Positions 1 through 11,190 of a DNA stretch of 64,000 bases are shown piece after piece. The position numbers were made by a program, and so were the translations under genes. Positions within the stretch are counted from its first letter, which is position 1. Every line of letters begins with the position of its first letter. The stretch spans positions 39,680,001 to 39,744,000 of the forward strand of contig NC_082723.1 of the NCBI RefSeq assembly GCF_030144855.1, given 5' to 3'. The notes below the pieces were generated by a model. The model did not search any database. It saw nothing but the letters and a program-made list of their open reading frames with translations, and was not told where the DNA came from. This DNA comes from Hypanus sabinus (taxonomy: Eukaryota).

Positions 1-355
1 TTTCTGCTCTCCCATCTTGTTTACAATTGAATCCCAGTTCTTAGAGCAAGAACTTCGTCTTTGTTAAAAACCTCTTCCTCTAAAAATAAAAATTTTTTCA
101 ACAAAGACGAAGGTCTCACTCTAAGAAAGAACTGGAATTCAATTGTAAACTGGGTGGGAGAGTAGAAACCTGATTGGATGAGGACTAATCAATCAGGAGG
201 GACAGACGACAGGGGCATAAATACCATCGGACTGGACATGCCCAGATATCATCCCTGAAGAAGATGGCAGAGTTTATCATCGAAACCTGTACCCGGATGG
301 AAGCCCGAGAAGAGTTTATTCAGCATATATGGCGGGAGAGCACGAGATCCTTTAT
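1..355. mobile_element. Penelope-like element family B, inverted pair (left arm runs off the window)
   Basis: 1-65 is the reverse complement of ~100-168; hammerhead-like CTGAAGA...CGAAAC at 255-286; homologous to 9745-10180. Confidence 0.65.
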
Positions 356-889
356 CAAATGGCTGCCATTGTTTCCCACATCACAAAACTGGCCATGTTT
401 CAAAAGTACTTCACGGGTTGTAAACTACATTGGAGTAAGCTATAATCCTGATAGATGCCTTGCAAATGCTTTTTTTCTGTAGAGAGGAAAAAATAGGAAG
501 CCAAGCAATACTCTGAAAATGAGGGAATGGTGCTAAATCAGGGTTGTGTTATTCACTATAGTGCCCTGAAAATTCTCAGAACGTCCCAAAGTGCTTTAAA
601 TCCAGCAAAATACCTTTTGAGGTGCTTCAAGGTTCAAGGGAGCCAGGACGATACCCCTGTTCTGCAAAATAGTGCCATAGAATCTGAAAAATAAACAGAT
701 TACTGCAGTTAGCAGATCAGGCTGCGTGTGTGGAAAGGCAAACAAGCTTCACATTTCTGATTCAAGACCAGTCATAATGGAATGTTGCCTGAGAATATGC
801 CCATGCCTCTGCAGACGGGTCTTTACTGTTCTATGAAGAACTAAGCATAGTCAGTAGCTGAGCCATGACTGAACTCAGTCAAAGGCTGC

Positions 890-1500
890 AGAATACATTC
901 AGGCTGGAGGAACTATACAAGTCAGGATGCATCGGAAATAAACAGCTGATATTTCCAGCTGGACCTCTTCATCAAGACTGAAAAGTGACAGAATGCGATG
1001 GTGGGTGGAAGGAAAGGAGTACAAGATGGCAGGTGATGGGTGAGACAGGGTGGGGTTGGATGATGTGAGAAGCAGAGAAGTTATAGACACAAGAGCTAAC
1101 AGGCTGAAGGAGGAGCACAGTTGACCATTATATAAAGGTTAAGCATTGCAGCTCTGTGTGCATTCTTCAGTTAGAAACTTCCTGTGGCCACCTATTTCCC
1201 ACACTAACATTTCCTTCCATGGCCTCCTCTACTGACAAACTGAAACCAAACTCGGGCTGGAGGAGAAACACTTCATATTTGGCCTGGGAAGTCTCCCTCA
1301 CCTGGTCTCCCCTATCACCTGCCAGCTTGTACTCCTCTGCCTTCCCTCCCTCCTTATTCTGGCCTCTGTCTCCTCCATTTCTAGTCCTGATGAAGGGTCT
1401 CAGCCCGAACTATCAACTGTTTATTTCCTTCAAAGGATGCTGCCCGGCTTGCTGAGCGTTGTTCAAAATTCCCAGCAACTGCAGAACCCCTCGTGCCATC
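890..1500. mobile_element. Penelope-like element family A, degenerate inverted pair
   Basis: Minus copy at ~890-1130 and plus copy at ~1160-1500; the plus copy carries the tail gtcctgatgaagggtctcagccc...gatgctgcc and the minus copy a diverged version. Confidence 0.65.
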
Positions 1501-1799
1501 TTCAGTTCAGTTTCTGAACTTGCTGCCCAAGTGTCCAGGGAATCACAATCACTTTCATTCACACAATCGTGAAATATGTTGTTTTGCGGCAGCACTACAG
1601 CGCAACACTACAGCGCAACACATAAGAAAATCACTGTAAATTACAGTAATAAATAAATACAGTAAATAATGACATTGTGTTCATGATTTCATGGAGCGTT
1701 CAGAAATATGACAGAGGGGAAGAAGCGTCTGATAGCAGTAATGAGAAGAGGGGCACCCATATCTATCACCCCCTTTTTTCTCTAGCTTCAGTAGCAGAT

Positions 1800-2125
1800 C
1801 TCTGATTCCAACACCGCCCGCCTTTCCCGGTGTTCATTCTCCGCTAGTAGGCCCGCTCCCATCGATGAGAAACTCAACACGACCCCACCACCACAGAACA
1901 ACTCACCTCGGCCCTCGACAGCACACCGCGACCGCCACCAAACCTTGCTGCCCTACGTCCCGCCTCCCGACGTAGCTGATTGGCCTTGGGGGGGCACGTG
2001 AACAGCAAACTTCGCGACCTTTATAGCTAGCCGAGCTGCCCGTTAAAAGTAGCACGGGTAGCAAGTGCGGTTGCGTCCTGCGTGACGAACTTCATTTTGT
2101 GAAGGTCACGCCATGTTGGTAAGGT
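1800..2125 (-). promoter_or_regulatory. CpG-rich promoter with a probable non-coding first exon of an unidentified minus-strand gene lying left of the window
   Basis: Local CpG enrichment; CCAAT box (gattggc ~1978); CACGTG ~1995; YY1-like CGCCATGTT ~2109; strong donor GAG|GTGAGT at 1907/1906 on the minus strand. Confidence 0.55.
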
Positions 2126-2164
2126 CTTTATGAAGGAGATGGTGGGGGAACGAAAACTACAGAT

Positions 2165-2945
2165 GAATTGAATTGACTTTATTTCTTACATCCTTCACAT
2201 GAAGAGTAATAATCTTTACATTACGTCTCCCTCTGAATGTGCAAATTATAGTAATTTGTAATAAATAGTATGTACAATAGGACAGTCAATAGAGCATAGA
2301 AATACAATTGTATCAGCATGAATTAATCAGTCTGATGGCCTGGTGGAAGAAGCTGTCCTGGAGCCTGTTGGTCCTGGTTTTATGCTCCGGTACCGTTTCC
2401 CAGATGGTAGCAGCTGGAACAGATTGTGGTTGAGGTGACTCGGGTCCCCAATGATCCTTCGGGCCTTTTTTACACACCTGTCTTTGTAAATGTCTTGAGC
2501 AGTGGGAAATTCACAACCACAGACGTGCTGGGCTGTCCGCACCACTCTCTGCAAAGTCTTACGATTGAGGGAAGTACAGTTCCCATACCAGGCAGTGATG
2601 CAGCCAGTCAGGATGCTCTCAATTGTGTCCCTGTAGAAAGTTCTTAGGATTTGGGGAAATCAAAGCCAAACTTCTTCAGCTGTCTGAGATTGTGCATTTT
2701 TCACCACACATCAGTATGTACAGACCACGTGAGATCCTCGATGATGTTTATGCCAAGCAACTTAAAACTGTTCACCCTCCCAACCCCAGATCCATTGATG
2801 TCAATAGGGGCGAGCCTGTCTCCATTCCTCCTGTTGTCCACAACCAGCTCCTTTGTTTTTGCAACATTGAGGGAGAGGTTGATTTCTTGACACCACTGCG
2901 TCAGGGCGATGACTTCTTCCCTGTAGGCTGTCTCATTATTGATGG
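2165..2945 (-). mobile_element. Rex1/Babar-type LINE 3' fragment
   Basis: NNETAYREEV..LTQWCQEINLSLNVAKTKELVVD..FKLLG..LTWS and QRVVRTAQ..HNLFQLLPSGKRYRS; (TCAAT)n tail. Confidence 0.85.
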
Positions 2946-2989
2946 CTCTCAACGGGTGCAATGTATTCTGGACATCGTAGTCACTGTTG

Positions 2990-5610
2990 GCAAGAGTTAT
3001 GGGGGCCTAGCGGTTTGCTTCACCTGTAATGTGATTGAAGGGAAATTCAGATGGGGAGTCGAGTGATAGTCTGGAATGGATTTTGGCATGATATAAAAGG
3101 AAAATAAGTCGGGGGAGGGTTGTGGATGAGGAGGGTCGCTGGCTGAAAGGCATTTGGACTGGGATAGAAGATGCTGTCGATTTCAAGATAGTGATTACTT
3201 TCATATTTAATTGTGACAAAAATCTTTACCTGTTAGATTGACAAAGGCTATGCTGAAGAATTTGGGGGAAAAGTAAAATTAGCAATATGTCTTAGAGTGT
3301 TGATTACATGTGCTGATTTAAAAGAACAGGAGAAAATACTGAAAGTGAAGACTCTGGACCGGAGTAAAATTGTTAGTAGGGGGTAAACTGGAGTAAAATT
3401 GTTAGTGGGGGGTAAAATGAAGGTTTGGGGTGTTAGTTCAGGTGAGCCTCTCTGTGTGTATCTATGGAGAATATCAGGGACAATCGGGGGGGGGCAAAGT
3501 TGTATTAGCAAAGAGATTACAGACGTGGAGAGAAGGGAAAACGTGATAGTTGGTCTGTTCTGTTGAGTTTTTCGGGTGAAGTTCTGCTGTGAAAAATTCT
3601 GTTTAGGCTGTATCAGTTATTCAGTTAGGCGTGACCCTCCTCCTTGGCGGTGTTTTAAGTGGGACACGTTGCTGCTTCTTGCAGGGGCAAATGTGGAGGT
3701 GAACGTGAATATGGGAATTGTGAAGTTGGCGTTGGGGCAAGATGTGGTGCTCACAGTGCTGCTTATTTAGGATGCCCTGTTTTACAAAAGGGTCTGGAAA
3801 TTCACAAAGCGAGGTTATCGCTAACATTTCTTACGCTGAAGCTGTGAGATTTGATTCTTGTACGTCTGTAGGGTGTTGAGTTAAAGCAGACTCTTGCAGG
3901 GATTCCGAGGGGGGAAGATCACGAAGTGAGGTTCTACAGGCGGGGAGTGGGGGAGGTGAAGCATCTAGTGAAGTATTGATTAAAAAACAGATTTTCTTGC
4001 ATTTTTATGTGCTGTGGTTAATGGAACACTATGGGTAGGAAAGAAATCTGATAGACTCAGGATAGTGGTGGGTACAGCGTCGAAGTATTTGGGTTTAGTG
4101 GGAATTACTCTTGAACAGGTACATGAATTACTTAGGAAGGAAAGTTTGGGGAATGACAGTAAAGTGAAGGGGCTGATGGTGGAGAATGATTGTGCACAAG
4201 GTGCTACACGGTGATCTTCTCCGATAAACTTACAGTTCTTCATTGGAATGCAAGAAGTCTGTTCGCCAATGGACAGGGACTTAAAGGATATATTTTAGGT
4301 TTTGGTATTCCCTTGAGTGGTGCTTGTGTACAAGAATCAATCACAATTATCATTTAAGATTCTGGGTTATGAACTGAAGGAGGAGGCTGTGCCACCTTTG
4401 TGCAGGACTATTTATTGTACAGAATTTTGCCTTCTCCAGAGAATACTGAATGTGTAATTATTGTTCTATTTACAGGGTGGAAATTGTGAACATCTATAAT
4501 CCAGGTCAGGAACTGTCTGTGGAAGGGTTGGGAAAAATGGTAGGAAAATATTCTGGTAAAATTATTTTTTGTGGTGACTTTAATGCACAGAGTGATTAGC
4601 AGGGCAATAAGATTGTAGGCCTCCGTTAGTCTTGATAGACCATGGATTTGCACCTTGGAAAATCTCCAGGGCTTAAGTTTTTTTTTAATGGAAGACCGGC
4701 AGTTGCCCAAGCTGCAAGTCTCCCCTCTCCACACCACCAATGTTATCCAAGGGGAGGGTATTAGGACCCATATAGCTTGGCACCGGTGTCGTCGCAGAGC
4801 AATGTGTGGTTAAGTGCCTTGTTCAAGGACACACACGCAGCCTCAGCCACGGCTCAAGCTTGCGTCCTTCAGATAACTAGACGAACACCTTAACGACTTG
4901 GCCACGTGCCAACACAAGGTCGTAAGACTACAGTGCCAGTGGAGCAGTAGTACAGGAGTTCTTGGAAAAATATGATTTAATTTGTTTAAATGATGGAGGA
5001 AAGATGGATATTGCTAAAGGTGGGGTCTCTTGTCTGGACTTGACTCTTATCTCTGCTCCACTTGTAGTTGTGATGTAATGATTGATTGTATGGGGAGTGA
5101 TCATTTCCCAGTCCTGTGTACTGTGGGGATCAAGGTTCACTGTCAGAATTTGGATTCTGTTACTAAATGGTTTTATAAGAGTGCAAACTGGGAAAATTTT
5201 CTATTGAGTGGAGAAACCAATTGATCAGTTATCTCCAGGAGATACCATAGAGGAAGACTATCAGAGTATAATTTCTAGTTCGTTTGGGGCAGTCCTTTGG
5301 TGCCTTGGAGAGCTGGTAAGAAATCTGTTCCTTGGCAGACACAAGAATGTACCAAGTCTATCGGAGACCAGAGGTGGGCTTTGTGCATTTTGAAATGTAG
5401 ATTAACGCGAGAAGCCTTCAGGAACCTTCAGAAGAAAACAGCAATGGCAAGGAGAATTATTAGGAATGCTAAGAGGGCGGCACAAAAATTGGGAGGGAAA
5501 CTGATCTGACAGTGCTGTGGAGAATGCTAAAGAAAATAAATGGTGTCACGGGTTACATCCAGTTTCCAGTGTTAGTGGGGAACGGAAATTTGGCAACACT
5601 AACAACTAAA
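2990..5610 (+). mobile_element. Degenerate Nimb/I-clade LINE (ORF1 zinc knuckles plus ORF2 AP endonuclease)
   Basis: RCFK..GHVAASCRGK..CGAHSAAYLGCP; HWNARSLFANGQ; CGDFNA; CLDLTL..GSDHFPV..ANWENF; KSVPW. Frameshifted. Confidence 0.7.
4610..4915 (-). mobile_element. tRNA-derived SINE inserted in the Nimb LINE
   Basis: tRNA-like head GTGGCCAAGTCGTTAAGG and core TGTCCTTGAACAAGGCACTTAACC on the minus strand. Confidence 0.6.
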
Positions 5611-7094
5611 AACTAACAACACTTGGCCATCATAAACCATAATGGTCTCAAATTCGTATGGCTGCAATGGTGAAAGTGCAAATGAAGTATTAGAGTACCA
5701 GAACTAAATGCTCAGAATAAGGTTTAATATCACTGGCTTATGTCGTGAAATCTGTTGTTTTGCAGCACCATTAAATTGCAGTACATAATAATTTTAAAAA
5801 GCCATAAATTACAAAAAAAATATACTAAAATTTAAAGTAAGTAAGTAGTGCAAAAGAGAGCAAATGAAAAATAGTGAGTGGTGTTCATTGTCCATCTGAT
5901 GGCAAATGGGAAGAAACTATTCCTGAAACATTCAGGATGTCTCTTCAGGCGTGTGTGTTCTCCCCTCTAACGGCAACAATGAGAAGAGGGCATGTCCTGG
6001 GTGATGGCAGTCCTTAATGATGGATGCTGCCTTCTTGAGGTTTTCCTCATATGGGCTAAAATTCCAATATTGAAATCCAAGTATGTATCAAAATGGAACT
6101 ATGGGTAGGTACAATCCTTGACAATGGATCTTAAAGAAAATATTTATCCCACAGCTTAATACTGGTTGGAAACTACTTATCTAGCTCAGAACTTACCAGA
6201 GGAATAAATGAATGACAAAATTAAGTTGTATTTTATGTTGTTTTATTTTAACTCTACAAAGTAATACAGGTTCCGTAGTAACAAAGTCTATCTTTTTACC
6301 TAAAACTGACTAAAATGACAAAATCCACCAGGAACAAAGATTTACAATCAGCCTGAAAATTAACTTTCACTTAGCTAGAAGGATTACTTTGTCCATGCTA
6401 CAACCTGTCAATCTTTTATTTTCATTTTAAAGAAACTTGGAAAGAGTTGCACCATTCTATCCTCAATTTGTCCAACTTTTTTCTCTTTGAATGGCCTTCT
6501 GTAGAATGATTTCAGAAGATTACTCACTGAGCTAACCTGCTATCCATTATCTTTCTCTGAATGAGGTTCTTTTCCTCTGAAGAAACAATTCTACATAATT
6601 ATAAAAATATATTTTCATAATTCTTCTGAGGCACCTCTGAAGTCTATTGGCTACTAGCTTTTATCAATCAATTTGTAGATGTGAATGCATTTGGCAGGGT
6701 CCATCCCTAATTGACCCAAGGAAGCTGTTAGGCTGCCTCAAGCTGGTATGCCTGTGTAATGTCACTGTTTTGACTCCAAGATGATGACATAAAAACAGAA
6801 TATTTTCAATTAGGATGCTGTGTGGAGGTGAACTTTCAACTGATATTTTCATGGATCTGGTGCCCATGTCCTTTTTTGGATTAGAGAAGGTGTTGAATCA
6901 TTTGCCAATTTCTTCACTGTATTCTGTAGATCAGACAACCTGCAGCCTTACTGTGCCATCTGCAATTTCTTAAGCTTGTTACTGTCTAATTTGTGAAATT
7001 TCCTGTCAAGTTCAGCCAAACTCTAATAAAATGGCAATTCCAAGGTCACAAGTGCTATTCTCCTTCACCAAAACTTTGCACACTGGCAACAGTA

Positions 7095-7260
7095 TCAGGA
7101 TTTCAGTTGCTCTCCAGAGCTCAGGGCGTCCTGAGAAACATCTCCTTCAGCTGGATCTCCAAGTTTGTCATTCACTACTTCTGTCATGATCTCCAGGGAG
7201 CCATCACCAACCACACGCTGAACTTTTTCTCCTTTCGCAGCCAGTATTTCTTCAATATTC
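7095..7260 (-). CDS. DNLZ: DNLZ exon 3 ([16 protein letters not shown]...EQLKS*)
   Basis: Acceptor catcag|G; TGA at 7097-7095; candidate AATAAA on the minus strand at 6415-6420 and 6242-6247. Confidence 0.94.
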
Positions 7261-10200
7261 CTGATGGCATCAATCAGAGTGAAGTTTGTTTAAAATGGTG
7301 CCTATTAATACATTTCATAATAATATGTGCCAAGATAGACTTGAGTGGGGTTAGAAGATGAAAGATAATTGGGGCACATTGAGTTTTGATTGCTTTAAAG
7401 TTTAATTTTATATTTATCAATTGAATAGTACACTGAATCAGAGCAAGATTTTATTTTGCATTTCAGACTAAGGAACTGGGTTCTACAAAACTACCACTGC
7501 CTCCAGGGTGTAACTAATTGGTGATTTGTTTCCAGTACTTGTAAGCAAGGACTTGGGAGAAACTAATGGTAAATCATTGATAGCTGCCTTGCATTGGACA
7601 ACAAGACCCTTCAGAGGATAGTAAAAACTGCCGAGAGGATCATGGAGCCTTCCCCCCCCCCCCCCACCCACCATTTGTGACATTTACCAGGAGCATTGCA
7701 GACGAAGAGTCCAAAACATTGTTGAGGATCTCTACTACCCAACCCACAATCTCTCTGACCTGCTACTGTTAGGAGGAGGTATAGAAGCAGCAGAACTAGG
7801 GCTGCCAGACTGGATAGCAGCTTCTTTCCCCAGGCTGTGAGATGAAGGAATACCCTGTCACCGACGAGGTCTCATCACTGTTTACTGTTACCTGTGTGGT
7901 GCACTTCACATGTATTTTGAATTATATTTTATTAATCTATTTGTGGTAATATTTTGTTTGGCAAGTACCGTATGTAATATATATTTTGTGTGTGCACTGT
8001 GGTCTGGCGAACTTTGTTTCGTTTGGTTGTATACAGAATATGTACAGTCAGATGACAATAAGCTACAACTTGAAGCAGTCCAGGAGTAAATTTCTGCCTC
8101 CAGTAATGGTGGGCTTCTTAGGGGCTGTTTGTAGATAGTGATAACTGTATTTTAATTTGAAACTGTAAATAGTGTAATGAAGTTGTATGTGTGTGAGACC
8201 CATCCCCCATTGTGAATCAGTGTGTGTGGGACCCGTCTCCCAGTAAGGGTCAATTGTGTGTGGGACCCATCACCCAGTGAGGGTTAGTGTGTGTGGGACC
8301 CGTCCCCCGGTTAGGGTCAGTGTGTGTGGGACCCTTCTCCCAGTGAGGGTCATTGTGTGGGACCCGTCCCCCAGTGAGGGTCAGTGTGTGTGGGACCCAT
8401 CCCCCAGTGAGGGTCAGTGTGTGTGGGACCCGTCTCCCAGTGAGGGTCAGTGTGTGTGTGGGACCCGACTCCGGTGAAGGTCAGTGTGCGTGTGGGACCC
8501 ATTCCCCCTGTGAGGGTCGGTGTGTGTGGTATCGTTCCTCTGTGAGGGTTGGTGTGGGCGGGACTCATCCCCGTGAGGGTCGGTGTTTGGTATCGTTCCC
8601 CTGTGAGGGTTGGTGTGTGCAGGACTCGTCCCCCTGTGAGGGTCAGTGTTTGGTATCGTCCCCCTGCGAGGGTTGGTGTGTGCGCGACTCGTCCCCCTGT
8701 GAGGGTCAGTGTGTGCGGGACTCGTCCCCTTGTGAGGTTCAGTGTTTGGTATCGTCCCCCTGTGAAGGTTGGTGTGTGTGGGACAGCTTGCTCATCTTTG
8801 GTCCCCACCAGACACTCAGCCCTCAGCTGTGACTCCAAGTAGCTAGAAGCTGTTGCGTGTGACAGTGGCCTCATACCCCAGGGAGAAAGGGAAATGCTTG
8901 CCCTAGCGTGCAAGGTCAACTCTGGCAGATTGGGTGGATGAGATCTACAGTGAGATCCAACAGCAACACCCTGTGGACAGCGAGTGGCATGACGAGGAAC
9001 AGAAGACGCCATTGTGGTCACCCACTACAACCAAGGAAGGTGCTTGTTTGTATCACTGGACCTGGATTTCTGAGACTGAAAGTGGAAGTGCCCTAGTGCA
9101 ACAACTTTTCCACTTTAAAACTCTCGCGCAAGGTTTCCTTTCATCCGACAAAACCAACAATCACTACATTGCTGAAGTTTTAAGTAGAATTCCACTAGTT
9201 AATTAAAACTAATCAGGACTTACTTTTTTCCTTCTAGGTCTGAAAACCATCCCAAATTGTCAGCTATGATATGATGATTGCTGCACCCAGGGCACTTTAC
9301 AATAACCACTCCATTGTGATAAGCAAGTTTGGAAATCCTCTTGGCAGATCTTTCATTACACACCTGAAAGAATATAAAATACTCATCAGCATTGTATTAG
9401 GAAAGGTTCAGATCCTTTTTCTACTTGACCGCTTAACCTGCTTCCTCACCTCAAACCCCTAAATTTGTTTCTGAACCAGCACTGGATAATGAATAAATCT
9501 GATCAACTCTGGTCTTCGAATACCAGAGGTTAAAGTGGAACTTCCTTGTATCTTTGTTCCCGGCATAAGTAATGCAATATGCTGATATAGCTCACAACAT
9601 ATAGTCTTTGAGGGTAGTGCAGGGATATAGACAGGTGAGCTCCTCCCTCAGAGTTACTATGGTGTTGTTTGTTTGGGTTTGTGTGTTTGCTTTGTGACTG
9701 TGGAGCTCCTCCCACACCCTATAGAAATATACAGATTTAAAAAACTAGTCCTTTCCTGGCGTATATGACAAATAAACTCTTCTTGGGCTCCCAGCCCGGT
9801 ACAGGAATCAATTATAACCATCGTTTCAATGACAACCTCTGTCATCTTCATCGGGGATGATGCCCAGGTATGTCTAGTCCAGAGGTATTGATACCCCCCT
9901 TATCCTTGTTGAAATGGAGGAAAAGAATTTTAACAAATGCTAAGGTCTCACTCCAAGTAAGAATTGGAATTCACTTGTAAACAAGGTGGGAGAGTGGAAA
10001 CCTGATTGGGTGAGAACTAACCAATCAGGATGGATGGACAATGGGGGTATCAATACCACCGGACTGGATATGCCCAGGTATCATCTTCAATGAAGATGGC
10101 AAAGTTTTTCATGGAAACGTTGGTTATAATTGACACCCGTACCCAGCTAGAAGCCTGAGAGGTTTATTCATCATATACAGGTTGTCAGATAATTTACCAC

Positions 10201-11087
10201 AAGTTGCTCCTCATGTAGCTGAGAAGTAGAATCTGGGATGGGGGGGGGGGGGTTAAGGCGGTGGTGTTGATAGGAACACTAATTATTTGTTTTTATTGTA
10301 ATTTGTAGTAATTTGTTATGTATTGCACTGATGGCATAAAATGACAAATTTGACAACATGTCAGTGATTCTGGGGTTATGAATAGCATAACATGGGTGCT
10401 TGGTGACAGAGACTCAATGGGTTGAATAGTCCCATGTCTGTGCTGTATTTACCTGTGTCACATCCATTCTCTCTCTCTCTCTCGCCTTTTACTTTACTCT
10501 CCATTGATGTCCAATTTAAATTTTGTGTGTTGTCTAAACTTGATGCTGCTGCAAGTAAGTTTTTTCTGTTGTACCTGTATCTCACACATTTCTGTACATG
10601 ACAATAATCTCTATTTGACCTGACCTGACCCACTTGCAAGTCTTTGGTATGTGGAAAACCCACGAAGTCATATGATACAGCATGAAATCAGGCCCTTTGG
10701 CCCATCAGTCTCCCTAGGCTATAGGGAGAAGGTGCAAACTCCACACGGCAAGACCCTGGGTTAAGATCGGACCCTCCCTGCTGGCCCCCCCACAATACTC
10801 TGAATAGTCGTTGCAAGTGTCCCCGAGTGCGGAGGGGTAAACGCCGCCCTCCCGCTCCCCTCTGCTCAGCGGCTCACCTTGCAGGTGTAGACCAGCTGAT
10901 AGTGGGTGGCGGCGGCCTGGCTCGCACCGACGGCGGCCCGCCTGCTCCGGCCGATCCAGAGGCTTCTGCCGTGGGGTAGAGGCCGGCCGCCGGCAAGGAA
11001 TAGCCGGAGCGGACACCCGGAGGACGCAGCGATCAGCCGGGAGGCCACCGCTCCCCCTAAACGGGTAAAAGCGAGACCCAGACTCAT
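7095..11087 (-). CDS. DNLZ: DNL-type zinc finger protein (mitochondrial Hsp70 escort, Zim17/Hep1); join(11087-10878, 9363-9224, 7260-7095), 171 aa
   Basis: Spliced translation gives an Arg-rich presequence, then HYQLVYTCK|[47 protein letters not shown]|[13 protein letters not shown]. This has two CxxC motifs and the DNL signature. Introns are GT-AG and the CDS is 516 nt in frame. Confidence 0.96.
8187..8785. repeat. GC-rich minisatellite, unit of roughly 31-40 bp (gtgtgtgggacccgtcccccagtgagggtca), in DNLZ intron 2
   Basis: About 17 imperfect tandem units read directly. Confidence 0.92.
9224..9363 (-). CDS. DNLZ: DNLZ exon 2 (zinc-finger core with DNL motif)
   Basis: Acceptor tttcag|GTG, donor AA|gtaagt; 140 nt. 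Confidence 0.96.
9745..10180. mobile_element. Penelope-like element family B, inverted pair in DNLZ intron 1
   Basis: 9745-9900 is the reverse complement of ~10040-10180; each arm has a degenerate hammerhead motif. Confidence 0.7.
10878..11087 (-). CDS. DNLZ: DNLZ exon 1 ([10 protein letters not shown]...HYQLVYTCK)
   Basis: ATG in a CpG island; donor AAG|GTGAGC; 210 nt. Confidence 0.92.
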
Positions 11088-11099
11088 CGCTCCCGCACA

Positions 11100-11190
11100 G
11101 TTACTATGGAAACTCCAGCACACGTGTCCCGAGCGGGCACGCGTCACTTCCGCTTCCTCCGGGACACTTGTCCTGTCACGTGGCACCAGA
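11100..11190 (-). promoter_or_regulatory. DNLZ CpG-island promoter: two E-boxes and an ETS-CRE composite
   Basis: CACGTG at 11121-11126 and 11177-11182; GCGTCACTTCCG (CGGAAGTGACGC on the minus strand) at 11141-11152. Confidence 0.65.

Noticed and set aside
2110-2124. GCCATGTTG|GTAAGG as a plus-strand micro first exon
   Set aside because: No downstream plus-strand exons were found before DNLZ; it is better explained as a YY1-like motif.
6664-6867. ORF starting MGTRSMKIS, superficially like DNLZ CGTRSSKRIS
   Set aside because: It lies in the DNLZ 3' UTR and lacks Cys and DNL motifs. The true exon 2 is at 9224-9363.
8256-9021. Long ORFs (up to 223 aa) and a CRISPR-like periodic pattern
   Set aside because: These are translations of a minisatellite. 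There are no unique spacers or cas genes and the context is eukaryotic.
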